41,279 bases of DNA from NCBI GenBank assembly GCA_949742185.1, contig CATJNN010000208.1, positions 1 through 41,279 of the forward strand, written 5' to 3'. The notes under the pieces were generated by a model. The model saw only the letters and a program-made list of their open reading frames with translations, did no database searches and was not told the origin of the DNA. This document shows, in pieces, positions 33,901 through 39,900 of this stretch. The stretch is from an uncultured Clostridia bacterium. GTDB taxonomy: Bacteria; Bacillota; Clostridia; UBA1381. Each line of letters starts with the position of its first letter. Position 1 is the stretch's first letter. The translations under genes and the position numbers were made by a program.

Positions 33901-36900
33901 CCGTAGCCCGGTAATCATCTATAGAAACATGAGTTATACCGCGCAGAACTTCACCGGCCGACTTATACATCAGCTTAACTGTACCCTTATTTCCGGTAGA
34001 GCCGTCGCCTACTATACCGTAGCCGTTATAGCCCGCCGTCATAACCGTCGCGTCCTTATTAAGAACCGCAACGTTATACATGCCTACAGCCGCGTCAAAC
34101 GCGTCGTTTACGCCGCTCATCTTAACAGGCGTGAGCTTGTTTGCTCTGTCGCTGCCCGTGCTGAGCTGAGCGTAGCCGTTATAGCCCCAGCCGTAAGCCG
34201 TGCCGCTTTCCGTTATAGCCACTGCCGTATTCGGACCCGCTGCTATTCTTACTATTCTGCCTGTCTTGCCTGTTACGTCTCCGAGTTCGCCGCTTCCGTC
34301 AGGACCTTTAACCTTTACAGGCTCATGATTTTCTGTAACGTTTGCTATACCTATACCAAGCTCGCCGCGGCTGTTAAGACCCCACGCGTATACAGTGCCG
34401 TCTTTTGACAGCGCGTACGCCGTCGCCTGACCTGCGGCTATATCCACGATATCCTTCATAACCGCACCCGAAGCTGTAATCTGAACCGGCTCCGTGGCGT
34501 TCGGAGTCATAGCCGGATCTTCGCCGAGCTGACCGTAGCTGTTATCTCCCCAAGCCCATACTGTGCCGTCCGCTTTAAGAGCGAGATTAAACATCGCGCC
34601 CGAAGCTATTTTCGGGAATACTGAACCCGAAACGTTTATTCCGTTGGCCCCCGCCGAATATTCAGCAGGAAGAACCTCAACGTCGCAAAGCGCGTAAAGA
34701 CCTGTCACCGCGTCATAGAATATAAGTCTTGCCGTGCCGACGCCCTTAAACTGAACTCTGTGCGTAATATGGTCGACAACCTCTACAACCTTCGGATTTG
34801 TGGATTCCATACGAACCATAACGTCGCCCTGACCGCTGCTGCTGCCGAACACGTTAAATCCGCTTGTTGCACGAACGTTAAATGTTGTGGAATTATAAGC
34901 GCTTACATATGTGGTTATCTTTCTCGGAACACCCGCAAGCTGGCTTATACCTGCCGTTGCCGGATATGGCTGGTCGTCGAACATACCGTTTCCGATTTGT
35001 CCGCTGCCGCCCAGACCCCATACATACACGTCGCCGCGTCGGTCTATAGATGCCGAATGATTACCTGTGCCGGACGTGCTTACGGTAATCATATCCTTAG
35101 CTTCGTTGGCTGAATCAAGCATAACGTTTGTTACGCTGCCTGAAGCGTTTGATATGTATCCGTTTCCAAGCTCGCCCTTGCTGTTGCGTCCCGCGCCGAG
35201 TATTTCGCCGAACAGCGGGTCGCCTGTGCCGAAGTGACTGCTGCTTACAAGCGCCAGAGCGCTGTATCCTGCGGATACTTCAACTATATCCTTATCCGAA
35301 AGAGCGTCTATTGCAACCGGAAGCGTTCCCGCGCTTGTCGGAGCCGCGCCCATCTGACCGTTTGCATTATTACCCCAGCCGTATACTCTGTTATTTTCCG
35401 TAACAGCGTACGCAGACTTATAGCCCGCCGCTATAGCTACGGCTGTTTTGCTGCCGAGGTCAACCTCGGAAATTGTTTGAACGCTGCTTGTGCCGTGGCT
35501 GTTTAACGCGTTTTCGCCGCGCGCAAGCACTCTGCCGTCTATGGTGAGCATATAGTTCGTCGAGCAGTCGCCTGCCGCTATATCCTTAACGCCTGCTATA
35601 TCCATATATACAGGCTCGTATATTATTTTTGCGGCAGACTGTGTAAGCTGAGCCTTATGATTGCTTCCCCAGCCGTATACCGCGCCGTTTGACGAAAGCG
35701 CCATAACATTCGGGAACTCGCCGCCCGCAGCCGCAATATCTTTTATCTTTATATTGTTATTTGTAAAGTATCCTACTTTTGTCGGAGTGTCTGTTCTTGC
35801 ACCGAACGCCGCGCCGAGACCAAGCTGACCGTTATTGTTGGCGCCCCATGTATACACTTCGTTATCCACGGTTACGGCCGCGACAAAGTTTGCGCCCGCG
35901 CTTATTCTTACAACAGACGGCAGCCCATCAACCTTATGCGGAGCCGTTTCCATGCTGCCTGTATAGCCCATGCCGAGCTGACCGTAGCTGTTATCGCCCC
36001 ATGTCCACACCGTTCCGTCCGCTTTAAGAACAGCTGTGAAATTGCTTCCCGTTTCAACCTGCGGGAAGGTTACAAACGTAATCGGATTATTATTCTCGTC
36101 TTTTCTGTTTGTATCATCCGGAATCACATACACCTTAACGTAAACAACGTCTTTTTCCGTTCCGTCTGTTAATGTTATTTCAAGATATGTCTGACCCACT
36201 TCGTCGCTGCTTGCGGTTATATTTGTTCCGTTTATAACAGCAAGCCCTTTATTCCATATATTATATGAAGGCTGCGCTGAAGCCGCTGTATCACGGATAA
36301 TGTTAAACGCAGGGCGAACCTTATCCAGACCAAGAGAAGCGAGACTGACGGTCTTGCCCTGACGCAGCAGTATGCTGTCCGGAACCGAACCGATGCTCAT
36401 CTTACCCGCTTTATCAGCGTAGTTAATGCTGCTGCCGGCATCCTTTATACCAAGCTGATACGCCTCGTTAGAGCCTGCGGCCCAGACAAAACCGTTTTTA
36501 TCCGCAAACAGCGTATGCGAGCCGCCTACTCCGTACTGAGCCGACGAAACTGACGCTGAAGCTGTCATGAGACCGCCGCGGCCGGAAGCCATAGCAATAA
36601 TATCTCTTTCAAACGCCATGCCGTTTTTATCAACCGGCGACGCTGTAATATCCGAAGCTGTAGAGTTTGTGTTTGTCTTATTAGCGCGCTGACCGAATTC
36701 ACCTGCGCCGGAGATAAGCGGTTTACCCGTATTATCTATAGAATATACCGACGAGCCGCCGCCGATTGCCACTGTATTTGTTCTGAACGGCATAATCTCA
36801 GGCTTTGTGAGTGTATTTCCGCTTGAAAGCGCATACGACACATTCGAGCCCCACGCATATGTTGTGCCTGTGATTGAGCTGTCGGGCGTCTGATCAGCGT

Positions 36901-39900
36901 CGTCCGTAAGAGCGTATGCAACCGCCATACCGTTCTGGTTGCCGGCTCCTATCGACATAACGCGCTGCGGAAGCGGAACCTGAACAGGCGTGCCCGTATT
37001 ATCCGCCGGACGCGCGTAGCCGTTTCCGTATTCATAACTTAAATTCTTTCCGACAGCCCACACTCCTCCGCTTATGCGAAGCGCAAACGCCGTAGCGCCG
37101 TGACCCGCCGTGATATCCGAAGCGTCCTTAATAACGGTACCCACCGGTGTGAGTATCGCTGTCTGAGCGCTTGCTTCTACCTGTTTATATGAGTTATTAC
37201 CCCAAGCGTATACCGTGCCTGTTTTATCGAGCGCCCATGCGAAGCCTTCAGCGTTTGAAAGTCCGCCCGCCGCGATTGCAACGATATCCTCAAGGAATGT
37301 CTTTGTTGTATCAATTATATTCTGCGCGCCTTTGAGCACTTTGGCAGGCACGCTTAAATTATCTGTGTTGTCCTGACCGAGCTGACCCTGGTCGCCGCGG
37401 CCCCATGCCCATACCTTGCCGTCTTTATCGAGAGCAAGAGCAAAGTCGCCGTTTGCGGCTACTTTAATTATATTAGAAAGTCCCTGAACCTGAACAGGAT
37501 ATTCCGACGCGCCGCCGAATTCTCCGTTACCGAGCTGACCATAATCGTTAGCGCCCCACGCCCATACTGTACCGTCCGCTTTAAGAGCCAGACTGAAGCG
37601 TCTGCCTGCCGCAAGCTGCGGGAACGCAACGCTGCCGCCGGCGCCTTTGCCTACCGCCGCGTCGTTCGGGCGCACTTCAACTTTAACGACAGATGTGAGT
37701 CTGCTGTCGCCCTGCCAGTTTACAATAAGATATGTCGTGCCTACGCCTGTCGCTCTGATTCTTCCCGTTGTCTTATCCAGAACTTCAACAACGTTATTCT
37801 GCATATCAAATGTGCGCCAGAATACAGGCACTGTCTGTGACGAAGACGATGAGTTAAATACGTTGAACGCGTCCACCGTAGGAGCGTCAAGCGTTATCGT
37901 CTCTCCGTCATACATTGAATACAGGTACTTCGGCAGGCTGAGATAAGACTCGCCGACGCGCACAGGCGTATACCTGTCGTCCTTTTCGCCGTTGCCGAGC
38001 TTAGGTCCTCTGCCGTAGCCTGTCGCCCAAACAGAGCCGCCGTCCTTAATAAAGAACGAGGTTTTTCCCTGAATTGCAGGCGTATTATAGCCCTGCGTTG
38101 AAATCTGTATAACGTCTGTTATAGGAGCCGTCTTATCGCTGCCTGAATCGCCCGCCAGCACGCTGCCGTATGTTCCTGCAAGAACTCCTGTATCTCCCCG
38201 GCCAAGCTCTGGCGAGTTCGCCGTAGCGCCCACAGATATTACAGAACCGTCCGCTTTAAGAGCCATGATCGAGCTGTCCGCCGACGTTACTACTGTCGGA
38301 ACAGCGTTTCCGTCCGCGTCCGCGGTATCAAAATTAGTATCCCGCGTCGGAACCGGAACGGTTGTATTCACAACATAACCCCATGAATAAACTTTTCCTT
38401 CGGTTGTTATAGCCTGGATATTGCCCCAGCCCTGAACCGCGTTTACTATAAATTCGTCTTCAATGCTCATTAGAACAGGCGCTGAAAGCGTAGTCACCGA
38501 GCTTCCGCCCTCATTATATATACTTCCGCCCCATACCATAAGCTTTCCGTCTGCGCGTATACCGCTCTGACCGAGACCGCCCATAGTAAGACCCTTAAGG
38601 TTTCCAAGCGCGGCAATTTTTTCCGTCAGATTTACAGGCGCTGTAATCTGCGGCGACTTATCGGACGGATCAAGCTTGCCCTGACGCGCCGCAGTGTTAT
38701 TACTGCCCGCGGCGGTAGCCACAAGGTTTGAGCCGAACGCGTAAACGTCGCTGTTCTGCGTAAGAACAATCGAGCTTGACTGCGGATTGCGGTACGCCGT
38801 GTAGTCGTTTGTATTCATAGGCGAGGAGCTTGCGTCCACGTCTACCGCCTTCTCTATTCCCGCAACAACACGCGCAAGATTTATTATATTAGTATTGCCC
38901 GCCGAGCCGTTTCCAAGCTCGCCGTCAAAGCCTATGCCCCATGTCCAGACCGTTCCGTCTGCACGAAGCGCGATAAAGTGGTTTTGTCCCGCCGCAATCT
39001 TAACGAAATCGTTCATCGGCATCTGGGCTGTTCCGTATATTCCATCGCTGTTTTCATCTCCGTTTTCAAGATGTTTAGCCTGAACAGGAGAAGCCTCGGG
39101 AGCCATACCCGTTGTGTCTGTTGTTCCCTGCGAGAGCTGACCATAGCTGTTATCGCCCCATGTCCATACAGTACCGTCCGCCTTCAGAGCCGCCCCGCTA
39201 TATTTGCCCGCGACAACCTGAGGATAAGCTATAAATCCTGATGAAGCCGGCACAACCTGAATCTTAACGCTTCCTGTGTTGCCTTTTTCATCTTTAATAA
39301 TTATATATGTAACGCCCGGATTCTTCGCAGTTATAACGCCCGTATTTGAAACGGACGCAACGTCGTCGTTAAACGACGTCCATGTATACTGATCCGGAGT
39401 ATATGTGGATTCTTTCCACACGTTAAAGCCCGCGACAGCCATAAGATGCTGTCTGCTTATATCCAGCGTGTCGCCCGACTGAAGCGCGGTCATTATATGC
39501 TTTCCGTCCTCGCGCACTATTGTGTCGTCGAAGATTTTAACAGTCTCATATATGCTTCCGCCGCGCACAAGAAGCGCGTCAACCACTTCGATATGGCGTC
39601 CGCCGTATTCTGAAACAACCTTAACAGGCGAATCCATATCCGCCGACGCCTCGTTGCCGAGCTTATACGTCTGTCCGTAGCCCGCGGAATACACCGAACC
39701 GTCGTAGCTTATAAGGTGCGACGTCACAACCTGCGGAATGTTGCCTGAATCATTTCCGCGCGACATTGTGCTGTACATTATATTCTTAATATATCCGTTA
39801 TCGTCCTTATTGCCGTCTTCTCCCGCTTCGCCCGCGACAACGTTTCCTTTTCTGACGGTACTGTCGCCGCCGAACGCCCCCGCGATAATGCTGTTGCCGG

